From IMG/VR virus record IMGVR_UViG_3300046779_001754, positions 1 through 64,000 of that record: DNA of 64,000 bases; one strand, 5' to 3'. Positions 28,595-38,228 of the stretch are shown in pieces; the stretch's first letter is position 1, and each line of letters begins with the position of its first letter. Below the pieces are notes generated by a model. That model had not been told where the DNA came from. It saw nothing but the letters and a program-made list of their open reading frames with translations, and made no database searches. This DNA comes from a virus. A program made the translations under genes and the position numbers.

Positions 28595-30188
28595 GCCAAA
28601 GTTGGAATCCATGACGTTGTTCAAACCATTGCTTTAACCATGCCCAGTCAAAGCTCAACAACAATGCATCATAACTTCCGTTGACTTCGCGATAATATTC
28701 CAAGGCATCTTGCGCACCCTGTAATACCCATTCAGCATTGTCTCCTTGAGCATGATTACACCATGTATCAAGTCTGTGTTGTATTTCAACGTCGGCGCCT
28801 AGATCAACCTCGCGACGAAGCTTTAACACTTCTCTAAATGCGCTGCGCCAGCTGACCCAAGGATCAGTGTTAAATCGTGAGATACTGGCCACGGTGGGTA
28901 CTACTTCGTGTGCCGAACTCAATGTAAAGTCCAGACCCGGCCTGGTATCCAATGTAAGTTGTCGATTGTACAAGTTAATATTCATAGCACCATATTCTAA
29001 TCCGTTCACAGGATTACGACTATAAAATATATAATGCTTTGGTGCTTGCATACGATCAGGTTGGAAATCAAACTGAAAGGTTGGCAACACTTCAGTCTTG
29101 GCAAACACAGCAAAGAACCACGGCGTTTTGCTCATATCAGCAGCAGCCTTGTAAGCAGCTTCGCGTCCCGTAACTCCGTCGCTGCGTTGGGCTCTTGGGC
29201 ATAGTTCTTGAAGATTATGCCAGTTTGCTTCGGCCATGGGTTCACCATTACTGATAAAAATCACATCTTGCAAACGATCTTCAACTATGTTGGCGTGAGA
29301 TTTGTCTATATAGGGATAATCGTATAATTGTGTTTGTATCATAGGTGCTGCCACTTGCGGTACTATCACTGCTGATGCGCCTATGCTCAACGGCATAATA
29401 GTTTTAGTTTTTCCGCGCCAAAGATTTACTGTGGGCAAAGGACGATCAATATTTGTTGTAGTAAATATTTCCAATGGTGCTTGGAAAGTATGTTCTTTTA
29501 CAACATCAATGTGCGTGTCTCTTTGATGATAATTCACAGGCATGTGATGTCTTGGCACTGCGATGTCCTGAACAAAATTCAAAGAATACCAATCTAATAA
29601 TTCAACATCGTCTAATCTTGCCTGCGCACTAGGTACATGCATATAGAATGTGTCTCCAAACTTTTGATCTCCGCTGGCAAACACATGAATCATGTCCGAC
29701 TGCCACGGCTCAGGATGCCACGAAAAATCAAAATTGGTATAATCACAGATACTGCTAGTAATCCATACATGTTCGGTCACAGCATTCTTGGCAATACGTC
29801 GCAATGTGTCAAGATAATTGTCAACGTATCGAGTGCGCTGGCTAAACTCTACAGTTGGTGGATTGAGATTGCCGTGATCAATGTAAACTATGTTATTGTC
29901 GGCTCGTCGGAGAATTTGTTGAACATGATAGTTTGTATCTTCGAAGCCTGCCGTGGGCACTAGTTGCGTTCCTCCGTCAACTTGCCACTGGCTAGGCCAT
30001 ACATGACGTTGTTCGCTTTCCCAAGGTTTTGGTTCCCAAAGAAAATCAAAGTCAGTGTAGTCCGATAAGTAGTTTACTATCCAAAAAAACCGTGTGCGGC
30101 TTTTAACCGAAGCATCAGCTAAATTTATAGCAGATTGTTCATGCGGGAACAGTCCAGGTTTACATCCAAAGTAAAATACATCAAACAT
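28581..30188 (-). CDS. putative glycosyltransferase-like protein with internally repeated domains
   Basis: Repeated DYT.FDF.W.P.PW unit; C-terminal WRSAFRE..K shared with 47237-48142; start placed at MFDVFY. Confidence 0.55.
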   Translation of the reverse strand: MFDVFYFGCKPGLFPHEQSAINLADASVKSRTRFFWIVNYLSDYTDFDFLWEPKPWESEQRHVWPSQWQVDGGTQLVPTAGFEDTNYHVQQILRRADNNIVYIDHGNLNPPTVEFSQRTRYVDNYLDTLRRIAKNAVTEHVWITSSICDYTNFDFSWHPEPWQSDMIHVFASGDQKFGDTFYMHVPSAQARLDDVELLDWYSLNFVQDIAVPRHHMPVNYHQRDTHIDVVKEHTFQAPLEIFTTTNIDRPLPTVNLWRGKTKTIMPLSIGASAVIVPQVAAPMIQTQLYDYPYIDKSHANIVEDRLQDVIFISNGEPMAEANWHNLQELCPRAQRSDGVTGREAAYKAAADMSKTPWFFAVFAKTEVLPTFQFDFQPDRMQAPKHYIFYSRNPVNGLEYGAMNINLYNRQLTLDTRPGLDFTLSSAHEVVPTVASISRFNTDPWVSWRSAFREVLKLRREVDLGADVEIQHRLDTWCNHAQGDNAEWVLQGAQDALEYYREVNGSYDALLLSFDWAWLKQWFEQRHGFQLWLRAD

Positions 30189-31287
30189 GATCAGAATTGA
30201 CGAAATATACAATCATACATTTTGGCCTTTTATTCAAAAAAACTTACCAAGAACTCGCATGTGGTATTGTGATCCACCAGGATATTCTGGTGTAGAGTAT
30301 CTCAATATTCATGATACACCAGGTGAAGACTTTTATTATGTATTCTTGTTTGATCAAGAACCAATTAATTTTCGTCGTATGCAACCAATGACACAGTATA
30401 TCTATACTAATCAAAATAATACACTTAGGAGTCCCGGTCGCGGTGCTATTGTCACAAGCGAATTTAATAGTAGCACAGTTGATAGAATATGTCAACTTTA
30501 CGACTGGGATAGTTATTACTATTTTTTCAACGGTTGGGCAGCACTTGATTGGTTTAGAGGCTATGACAAAACATTTATAACCACTCCAATTCAAGAACGT
30601 AAGATCAAACATACCTTTATATCTCCCAATCGTATTATCAGTGGTGAAAGACATCATAGACTACTGCTGTTATATCATTTGTTTAAACAGGGTCTAGGAC
30701 ATAATCTTATAAGTTGTCCGGAAAAATGCCCAGCAGGTGATATTCATACAATTGATGTTGCCAGAAGTCTTGAACACATATATTCAGACATTGTTAAAGT
30801 ATTCCAGCAAGCACAGTTACCGATGCATCTTGATAGAGATGCGCCAAGTTATGCCAGTGCTACACTAGACTTACACGATGAATCTGCTGAATGTTTATTA
30901 TATCTTGTTACGGAAACCGTGGGATCAGGACAACGTTTACACTTAACTGAAAAGATTTTCAAACCAATTTGTATGCAAATGCCGTTTGTGCTGGCCAGTA
31001 CAAAAGGAAGCTTGGCATACCTACGTAGTTACGGATTTAAAACTTTTGGTGATATATGGGACGAAAGTTATGATAACGAGCCCGATGACCGTTTACGCAT
31101 AGTTAAAATTGCCGAGTTGCTGAGATGGTTAGAAGATCAAGGTACTCGTCGTCAAGACATATTTGCACAATGTCAGGATATTATCCTACACAACTTCCAA
31201 CATTTTTATAATGGAGGCTTTGAAAAAATTCTCTGGCACGAACTGCAAGGAATGCTCAATGACATGCGAATTAAATTTAGTATTTGA
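30187..31287 (+). CDS. putative glycosyltransferase (GT10/fucosyltransferase-like motif)
   Basis: ET...LTEKIFKPI...PF...GFKTF...DESYD. Confidence 0.55.
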   Translation: MIRIDEIYNHTFWPFIQKNLPRTRMWYCDPPGYSGVEYLNIHDTPGEDFYYVFLFDQEPINFRRMQPMTQYIYTNQNNTLRSPGRGAIVTSEFNSSTVDRICQLYDWDSYYYFFNGWAALDWFRGYDKTFITTPIQERKIKHTFISPNRIISGERHHRLLLLYHLFKQGLGHNLISCPEKCPAGDIHTIDVARSLEHIYSDIVKVFQQAQLPMHLDRDAPSYASATLDLHDESAECLLYLVTETVGSGQRLHLTEKIFKPICMQMPFVLASTKGSLAYLRSYGFKTFGDIWDESYDNEPDDRLRIVKIAELLRWLEDQGTRRQDIFAQCQDIILHNFQHFYNGGFEKILWHELQGMLNDMRIKFSI

Positions 31288-32446
31288 TAATTTTGTCAAG
31301 GACAAACCTTATCCCAATCTTGTGCCCTTGCAAGATCTAAGTAGTGGATATAGTCGTCTTGGTACTGAGTATCCATATATAGTACCATTGCGTTTACTGT
31401 ATTACGCTGAAGATCATGATTTTACAATCAATGTATATTCATTGGGTGACCAATTACCTAATAAATGTTTCTACCCAATTGGGTTGGGATTTTTTAGTTT
31501 TGATATTGATTATTTTTCATTGATGTCAGTGGCAGCACTTACATTGGTACGTCAAGAAAAACTTCAAGTACTGTTCTATTACCACGAAGGTGACAATCCT
31601 TATAAACAAAAAATTAGGATTGATGAACTATGTCAAACACACAACTTGAGCACTGACTGTTATAGATTCGTCAGTGGCAATACTGCTGCTAAAAACATAT
31701 CTAAGTTTGTGTATTTTGCTGACCATGAACTATTTTATTGGCGTGCTAATAAAAATCATCAAGCATTGGTATGGAATGATTTACCTCGCAGTCGCAAGTT
31801 CACTATACTAAATCGAACTCACAAATGGTGGCGTGCAACTGTCATGGCTGATTTACATAGAGCTAGGTTACTTGATGATGCGTATTGGAGTTATAATACT
31901 ATAAGTATCAATGATCGGAGAGAAGACAATCCCATCCGTGTAGATTGGTTTCCAAATTTAAATGAACATATCACAAAGTTTGTTGCTGGAGCTCCATATC
32001 AATGTGATGATTTAAATTCTGATGAGCACAACCGCCATCACAATGTGGTGATTCCGCATTTTAGAGATAGTTATTTTCAAGTGGTTTTGGAAACAATGTT
32101 TGATGCTGATCAAAGCGGAGGAACTTTTCTCACAGAGAAAACATTCAAACCAATCAAACATGCACAACCGTTTGTATTGATTGCTCCGCCTAGAAGTTTG
32201 GCGACATTGAAAGAACTGGGTTATCAAACATTTGATGATATAATTATCAATGGGTATGATGATGTTGTAGACAATACACAACGATGGATACATGTTAGAT
32301 CAACAATATTTGCTTTGCTTGTTCAAGATTTATATCACTGGGCCGATCAATGCTATCACCAATGCATGTATAATCAGGAATTATTTCTTGCATCAAAAAT
32401 TAACCGTTTAAATAAACTAGCTTCGGATCTCACCCAAACTCTATGA
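31259..32446 (+). CDS. putative glycosyltransferase (GT10-like)
   Basis: ETMF...FLTEKTFKPI...GYQTF; start placed at MTCELN. Confidence 0.55.
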   Translation: MTCELNLVFDNFVKDKPYPNLVPLQDLSSGYSRLGTEYPYIVPLRLLYYAEDHDFTINVYSLGDQLPNKCFYPIGLGFFSFDIDYFSLMSVAALTLVRQEKLQVLFYYHEGDNPYKQKIRIDELCQTHNLSTDCYRFVSGNTAAKNISKFVYFADHELFYWRANKNHQALVWNDLPRSRKFTILNRTHKWWRATVMADLHRARLLDDAYWSYNTISINDRREDNPIRVDWFPNLNEHITKFVAGAPYQCDDLNSDEHNRHHNVVIPHFRDSYFQVVLETMFDADQSGGTFLTEKTFKPIKHAQPFVLIAPPRSLATLKELGYQTFDDIIINGYDDVVDNTQRWIHVRSTIFALLVQDLYHWADQCYHQCMYNQELFLASKINRLNKLASDLTQTL

Positions 32447-33204
32447 CTGCCACAGTTAGAAAATTAGATAAAGTATTCACAACACAACACCAAACTCGTT
32501 TTAACAATCTACTAGTCAGTGGGTGTAGTTATACCTGGAACAATTCTGATCAGCATATATGCACCTGGCCATACTATCTCAGAGATCTTGCTGGGTTCAA
32601 AGAAGTGTTTGATTGTAGCCAAGGCGGTGCTGGTAGTAATCATATATTCAATAGTGTTGTAAATGAAGTTTTGACTAATGTCAACGTTACACCCGATGAC
32701 ACTGCTATCGTTATTATGTGGTCTGGGCTTGAGCGAGTTGACTTTATTTGTACATCAGACCTAGTCAAAACTACAAGACCAAAAAGTCTAACTGGTTATT
32801 ATCAATTTGATTCACAGGATACATTTGCATCACTAAGTGTCTGGCCCAGTAGCGACGATGCATTACAAAATTTACTTAAACAATATAGAGTCACTGTTGA
32901 TTCATCGGCGCAAATTCTAGAAAGTTGCATAAAAATTTTAGCTCTTGGTAAATTTCTTGAGTCGCTTGGATACAGTTTTAGCTTTGTGAACTGGCGAGAT
33001 CAATCCTATGAAATTTCAAAATTTGAATTTGATAATACAATTACCACACAAGCAGCAGCAAGGATTGATAACATTGAAACCCTTGATGGTTTTACGTCTC
33101 GTCGAGGAACTAGAGTGCAAGACGGCCATCCCACACCTGATAGTCACTTGTCCTGGACAAGAGAAATTTTACTACCACATCTAATCAACAATCAAATAAT
33201 ATGA
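32443..33204 (+). CDS. SGNH/GDSL hydrolase-like protein
   Basis: GCSYT block, GAGS, DGHP. Confidence 0.6.
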   Translation: MTATVRKLDKVFTTQHQTRFNNLLVSGCSYTWNNSDQHICTWPYYLRDLAGFKEVFDCSQGGAGSNHIFNSVVNEVLTNVNVTPDDTAIVIMWSGLERVDFICTSDLVKTTRPKSLTGYYQFDSQDTFASLSVWPSSDDALQNLLKQYRVTVDSSAQILESCIKILALGKFLESLGYSFSFVNWRDQSYEISKFEFDNTITTQAAARIDNIETLDGFTSRRGTRVQDGHPTPDSHLSWTREILLPHLINNQII

Positions 33205-34238
33205 TTATTAATTCATTCACTAGTTGGCAACCACTTGAAGAAGTCATTGTAGGAAGAGCTTACAGCCCGGAGTATTTTGATTTCATTAGCAACAGCCAGG
33301 TACGACATCAATTACAACAAATACTTTCTGAGACTCAAGAGGATCTTGATAATCTTCAACGCACGATTGAACAGTTTGGTGCAAAAGTTCAGCGTCCTTC
33401 TTTGCCCGATCTACACTGGTTTCATGACAGTCAAATCAATAATCAAGGCGTACCATTGCCGCCACTGACTCCTAGGGATTGGCAAATTACACTTGGTAAT
33501 AAATTGCTAAGAGTATTGCCAATAGAAGAACTTAACAAAATTTGTACGGAATACGAAACTGCTGAACCAGGATCTGTTATTAATCCACATGGACGTTGGG
33601 GGTGGAATCCAGATTGCATACTCAACAGTGCTTCGGCAAGCTGTATTGTACGTGTGGGTCGTGATGTGTTCTTTGACAACAGTGACTTTTTACGTCCTGA
33701 TCAAAGTCGTTGGATAGTTGAAAATGTTCTAGGGCCTGAATATCGAATACACGAAGCAGTGACTGATGGTCACGGCGATGCTGTGTTTGCAATTCTTAAA
33801 CCCGGTGTGATACTGTCAAGTAAACATGATGTTAACTTAAACTTTGATAGAGATTTTCCTGGATGGGAAGTGTGTAGAATTTGGGATAGCAGCATTTGGG
33901 CAGCCATGGAAGTTGGCAAATTTAAGTACGATACCAATCCTGGTGCATGGTATGTGCAAGGTCAAATACCTACTCCTGAATTTACCGACTATGTTAATAC
34001 CTATCTTAATAAGTGGACTGGATATGTTGCTGAAACTGTATTTGATGTAAATTGTTTGGTACTAGATGAATCGCATGTGATTTTTTCAGCATACAATAAA
34101 ACTGTGTTTGATTTTTGTGAAAAGCATGGCATTGAACCTATTATATCAGAGCTGCGACACAGTTATTTTTGGGACGGCGGTGTAAGTTGTTGTACGCAGG
34201 ATATTAGACGAACAGGCGGATTAGAGACTTATCTCTAA
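33201..34238 (+). CDS. amidinotransferase-family protein (paralog 2)
   Basis: WQPLEEVIVG, TPRD, GHGD, FWDGGVSCCTQD. Confidence 0.85.
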   Translation: MIINSFTSWQPLEEVIVGRAYSPEYFDFISNSQVRHQLQQILSETQEDLDNLQRTIEQFGAKVQRPSLPDLHWFHDSQINNQGVPLPPLTPRDWQITLGNKLLRVLPIEELNKICTEYETAEPGSVINPHGRWGWNPDCILNSASASCIVRVGRDVFFDNSDFLRPDQSRWIVENVLGPEYRIHEAVTDGHGDAVFAILKPGVILSSKHDVNLNFDRDFPGWEVCRIWDSSIWAAMEVGKFKYDTNPGAWYVQGQIPTPEFTDYVNTYLNKWTGYVAETVFDVNCLVLDESHVIFSAYNKTVFDFCEKHGIEPIISELRHSYFWDGGVSCCTQDIRRTGGLETYL

Positions 34239-35770
34239 CTGCAGACCTTTACACCATACAACATTTCAAATCTATTGGCATCTGCACGATCATTGACCAT
34301 AGGCTCTCCACGGACATTTAAACTTGTATTGAGTAACATTGGACACCCAGTTGCTCCGTGCCATTTCTCTAAGAGCATTCTGATTCCTGAACCGTTTTTT
34401 GGAACCGTCTGTACTCTACTGGTCCCATCAACATGGCAGATAGCAGGAAAACGGTCAGGAAACCTACAACGAGCGACTGACTGCATATAATGGCTATTAC
34501 ACCACCCAGGGCTGAAATCAAAGTACTGATCAGCCATCTCCTCCAATACCACAGGGGCGAAAGGTCTAAATTTTTGTCTACGTTTAATTTCATTTACACG
34601 ATCCTTGATATCTGCACCACGTGGGTCTGCTAATAGACTACGATTACCTAGTGCCCTAGGTCCAAACTCTGCGCGACCACTAGCAACACCAACAATGCCA
34701 TCAGCCAGTAGGCTATCAAGAAGGGAATCAATAGGGTATGCGCCAGATATATCATGCCCAAGATAAGCATTGCGCCAGTTGAGACGATGACCATAGGCCA
34801 GTGCCGCAGCACCAAGGCTACTACCAGCATCACCAGGATTAGGCATAATCCATATATGTTCAAAGTATTCTCCTAGGTTTCTATTTGCTAGACAGTTAAG
34901 TGCAACGCCGCCCATAAAAACAAGATTTTCGCAACCGTTGCTGAGAGTTCTAGCCTTGCTCATTACACTTGTTATCAAACGTTCCAACACCTGTTGAGCA
35001 CAAGCAGCAGCATCTTCAGGAGGTAATTCATTCCAAATGCCCAATGGTGGCAATCCAATGTGATAGTTATCTTTGAAAGTTAGTGCATCTATATCCCTAA
35101 CTATCTGTGATTGCAATAAGTCAGCACAGTCAGTTTTTCCATATGCTGACATGCCCATGAGAATGTATTCCTCTTCCATGGGCACAAGATCGCAGTGTTT
35201 GGTCATTGCCGAATAAAACAATCCTATGCTATGAGGATATGTTTGTTTCCATAACTGTGTATATTGTGCATTGCCTTGGCTGTTGTATCTGGCACGATAA
35301 ATTGATATTGTATCAATTTCACCTATAGCATCGATCACTACCACAGTGGCGTAATCAAACGGGCTGGTTTGAAATCCAGCCGCTGCATGACTCAAATGAT
35401 GATCAAATGCCACTCGTGACACGCCCATGTCAACACAAAATTCATCGGCCCAACTATTACTATCACATAGTTGTTGATAATATTTTCCTAGATACTGATT
35501 CAAACATTGATCTATGGTGAGATTGCCCCATTGAAGTCGTTCGCCGCTGCGTAATCTACGCAACTGCTTGCGCCAAGGCTTTTCATAATATGCCACTGTT
35601 TGAATATCAAATTGCTGTATATCCTCAATGAGTCTAGGATGGATATTTGAATCATGTTTGATTTTACTATACCTTTCGCTGTGAGCAGCAAATAATATTT
35701 CGCCCTGCGGACTTACAACCGACAATGCTGCATCATGAAATCCGGCGCTGACACCTAGAATATTACTCAT
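34235..35770 (-). CDS. carbamoyltransferase (NodU/CmcH family)
   Basis: HDAA, ERYS..KH, HHLSHAA, GGVALN, EFGPRALGNRS, RPFAP, LNTSLN. Confidence 0.96.
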   Translation of the reverse strand: MSNILGVSAGFHDAALSVVSPQGEILFAAHSERYSKIKHDSNIHPRLIEDIQQFDIQTVAYYEKPWRKQLRRLRSGERLQWGNLTIDQCLNQYLGKYYQQLCDSNSWADEFCVDMGVSRVAFDHHLSHAAAGFQTSPFDYATVVVIDAIGEIDTISIYRARYNSQGNAQYTQLWKQTYPHSIGLFYSAMTKHCDLVPMEEEYILMGMSAYGKTDCADLLQSQIVRDIDALTFKDNYHIGLPPLGIWNELPPEDAAACAQQVLERLITSVMSKARTLSNGCENLVFMGGVALNCLANRNLGEYFEHIWIMPNPGDAGSSLGAAALAYGHRLNWRNAYLGHDISGAYPIDSLLDSLLADGIVGVASGRAEFGPRALGNRSLLADPRGADIKDRVNEIKRRQKFRPFAPVVLEEMADQYFDFSPGWCNSHYMQSVARCRFPDRFPAICHVDGTSRVQTVPKNGSGIRMLLEKWHGATGCPMLLNTSLNVRGEPMVNDRADANRFEMLYGVKVCS

Positions 35771-35771
35771 G

Positions 35772-35873
35772 TTATTTGTAAATGAAAGGATCTCTCTTGC
35801 GCAATTCGCGCAACTTACGTCGATAACGTATTTCTAATTTTAGTGCGTCCCACCACTTGCGTATGAACTTCAT
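35772..35873 (-). CDS. 33-aa basic peptide ending KRDPFIYK (not in ORF track)
   Basis: MKFIRKWWDALKLEIRYRRKLRELRKRDPFIYK; ATGA overlap upstream, 1 nt from the carbamoyltransferase start. Confidence 0.75.
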   Translation of the reverse strand: MKFIRKWWDALKLEIRYRRKLRELRKRDPFIYK

Positions 35874-36955
35874 TGTGTTTTCCTTGAGCTGTATGCATAT
35901 CCTGGTTTCAACATATCAATTTGTAGTTGATCGTAATTGTCGTCGCTCCAGACATAATCGTACACAGCTTGATAGCCATTGACTTCTATTGAATATATAT
36001 CTAAATGTGCACCTAGCATTTGCCATATTTGATAGGGATCATCGGTACCAAAACTAGATTCAAGTAACACTTTTCCTATAGGTAAGTGCCCTAGACTCAA
36101 TCTAGTGTCGTTGGCATCAAGACCTTGTGATATAATCCAATCGTAAAACGGTTGCATATTTTTGTTCCACCAGTCTTGATTGTGATCTACTGTGCGTCCC
36201 CACTCAATATCAAACTCTCCTGAATAATACTGTAAATGAGTAATGGCCTCACACACAGTGTCAGTTAATTTGGGAGCACCTTCATCGCGCCATACTTCAA
36301 AATATGTTTTACCAATTTGGCACCAGTGCATGTACACAGTACCAAAGTGTCGCTGGTATCCGTTGAGTCGAAACCCATTGCGATGCTGGTCAGTTAACTG
36401 ATGTCTTGGTGCATTTAACCATGTGGTTATTTGACTGGGGCGCACCCATTCAGGATCACGTTGTAATTTGCGTTGGCTTAAAATTAAACTTTCAAGTTCA
36501 TGGCAAATGTTGTTGAGTTGCCTGATAGCAAATTTTGTTTGATCGTTGGCACTGCGATAGAACGTACTGAGATTGTTAACAGTTCCTTGTAATCTTTCAA
36601 AATGATTATGTAACAGATTTAGTGTTTCGTGATTGGGTCCAAGATCTATTGCAACAACTGTGTCTGGAGTATATGATTCAGAGATACAATAATGCCCACC
36701 AAAAAAGTCGTTGATACATTGAATATGTTTGTTTAATGTGTTACACAAGTAGTCAAGGTTTCTTGCTGAGTGAGGGAAACCTAGGAAACAAAAATTTTTC
36801 TCCAACATTAGACCACGACGTAGTAAATTTTCTAGTGCTATAATCCAGTCTTGAGCAAGTTGATGATCAGCGGGTTCAATGTAATAGCTTAACTGATCAT
36901 CCTTGTCAAGAGGGTTACGCAAGGTAACTTTAACTAATGTTTTTCCACCACTCAT
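35870..36955 (-). CDS. hypothetical protein
   Basis: Long ORF within the operon; His motifs LNLLHNHFE, LNNICHELE. Confidence 0.75.
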   Translation of the reverse strand: MSGGKTLVKVTLRNPLDKDDQLSYYIEPADHQLAQDWIIALENLLRRGLMLEKNFCFLGFPHSARNLDYLCNTLNKHIQCINDFFGGHYCISESYTPDTVVAIDLGPNHETLNLLHNHFERLQGTVNNLSTFYRSANDQTKFAIRQLNNICHELESLILSQRKLQRDPEWVRPSQITTWLNAPRHQLTDQHRNGFRLNGYQRHFGTVYMHWCQIGKTYFEVWRDEGAPKLTDTVCEAITHLQYYSGEFDIEWGRTVDHNQDWWNKNMQPFYDWIISQGLDANDTRLSLGHLPIGKVLLESSFGTDDPYQIWQMLGAHLDIYSIEVNGYQAVYDYVWSDDNYDQLQIDMLKPGYAYSSRKTQ

Positions 36956-38228
36956 AAACTTTAGGCCTCTGTGAAAGTATTCGGTCCATGTCTGTTGTAC
37001 AGGGACGCATTGATTCTAATTGTAATATGCGATTTTTGCCCTTGACTACCCCGGCTGGGTATTGTTCGGGCCATTGTTCTTCAAATGTTGGTCTTGACCG
37101 TAGTTGCAGCAGCACATCTTTTATAGATCCCACTGCTGTCTCTAACAATTCATCAATCCAAGGTTCCAACAATCTACGAGGCAATATCAACGGACTCATA
37201 AAAATATCCGGACTAAAAGCAAATACAGTTTTGGCCAATATGTCAACTCCAAGGTTGTTGGCCATTTGTTGTATGGCATCTGTTTCAAACATGCCCGGTA
37301 ATGTCAATGTAAAGTCAACACGCATCTGTCTTGGATGTTGTTGGTGTTCTACTCCTTGTGAGAAGTTACGGAGCCAGTTTTGGTAGTCAAGTCCTGTGCG
37401 GACATATTCGCCAATCTCTCCGGTGCCATCAATGCTAGCGCAAATTTGCCAATCGCGTAGATGATCAAGAATATCGGTGTACAAATTAATACCCCGGTAA
37501 TTAATCCTACTAAGATTTGTGTTGTATCGAGCATAAACATGTTTTCCATCTCCTAATTCAATAATTCGTTGCATATAGCGCCAATGCTGTTCAAACATCA
37601 AGGGTTCGCCACCAACCCAATATACTTCTTCAATGCGATGCTCTTCGACTGCTTGGCTAAATTCTTGTTCTATTTGTGTGTCTTGAAACTGAGTTATTTC
37701 CCTGCGCACATCAGGAATCATCCAATTGTTATTGGGATTACTGTAGTCAACCATGTTGTATTGCCGTTGTTCTGCTTCCCAACTACTACTCAACATATCG
37801 CCACACATACGACATTTAAAATTACAAAGATTACTGAACCTATAGTCCCAAGAAATTGGCTTCATTGTGGTGTAACCAGTTTCGTCTGTGCTGGACCATA
37901 TGTCGTTGTATTTGTGTTTAAACAGATGCCAAAAATAATCTCTATAGACGTCGGTGTTGAGTAATTTATTGTTACAGACATCGCATTCGGGCATAGTGTT
38001 TCCGGCCATCATACGACGACGGACGTCTCGCATGTGTTCACTATTCCAGTGTTCTTCAAGTGTCAATGGTTGATACTGATTTGATCCTGACTTGGTATCT
38101 ATGTATTGTTGAAAATTTTGTGCGGGTTCTCGGCTAGCACAACACATACGACGTTCAGTTATTGGAGAAAGATATGTATGTACCCAAGGTGCCATACACA
38201 ATGATTCGGGCTTGTCAGGCGGCGTCAT
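36930..38228 (-). CDS. radical SAM protein with N-terminal twitch/SPASM-like domain
   Basis: CMAPW..CC..CDVC; CNFKCRMC; GGEP. Confidence 0.92.
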   Translation of the reverse strand: MTPPDKPESLCMAPWVHTYLSPITERRMCCASREPAQNFQQYIDTKSGSNQYQPLTLEEHWNSEHMRDVRRRMMAGNTMPECDVCNNKLLNTDVYRDYFWHLFKHKYNDIWSSTDETGYTTMKPISWDYRFSNLCNFKCRMCGDMLSSSWEAEQRQYNMVDYSNPNNNWMIPDVRREITQFQDTQIEQEFSQAVEEHRIEEVYWVGGEPLMFEQHWRYMQRIIELGDGKHVYARYNTNLSRINYRGINLYTDILDHLRDWQICASIDGTGEIGEYVRTGLDYQNWLRNFSQGVEHQQHPRQMRVDFTLTLPGMFETDAIQQMANNLGVDILAKTVFAFSPDIFMSPLILPRRLLEPWIDELLETAVGSIKDVLLQLRSRPTFEEQWPEQYPAGVVKGKNRILQLESMRPCTTDMDRILSQRPKVYEWWKNIS

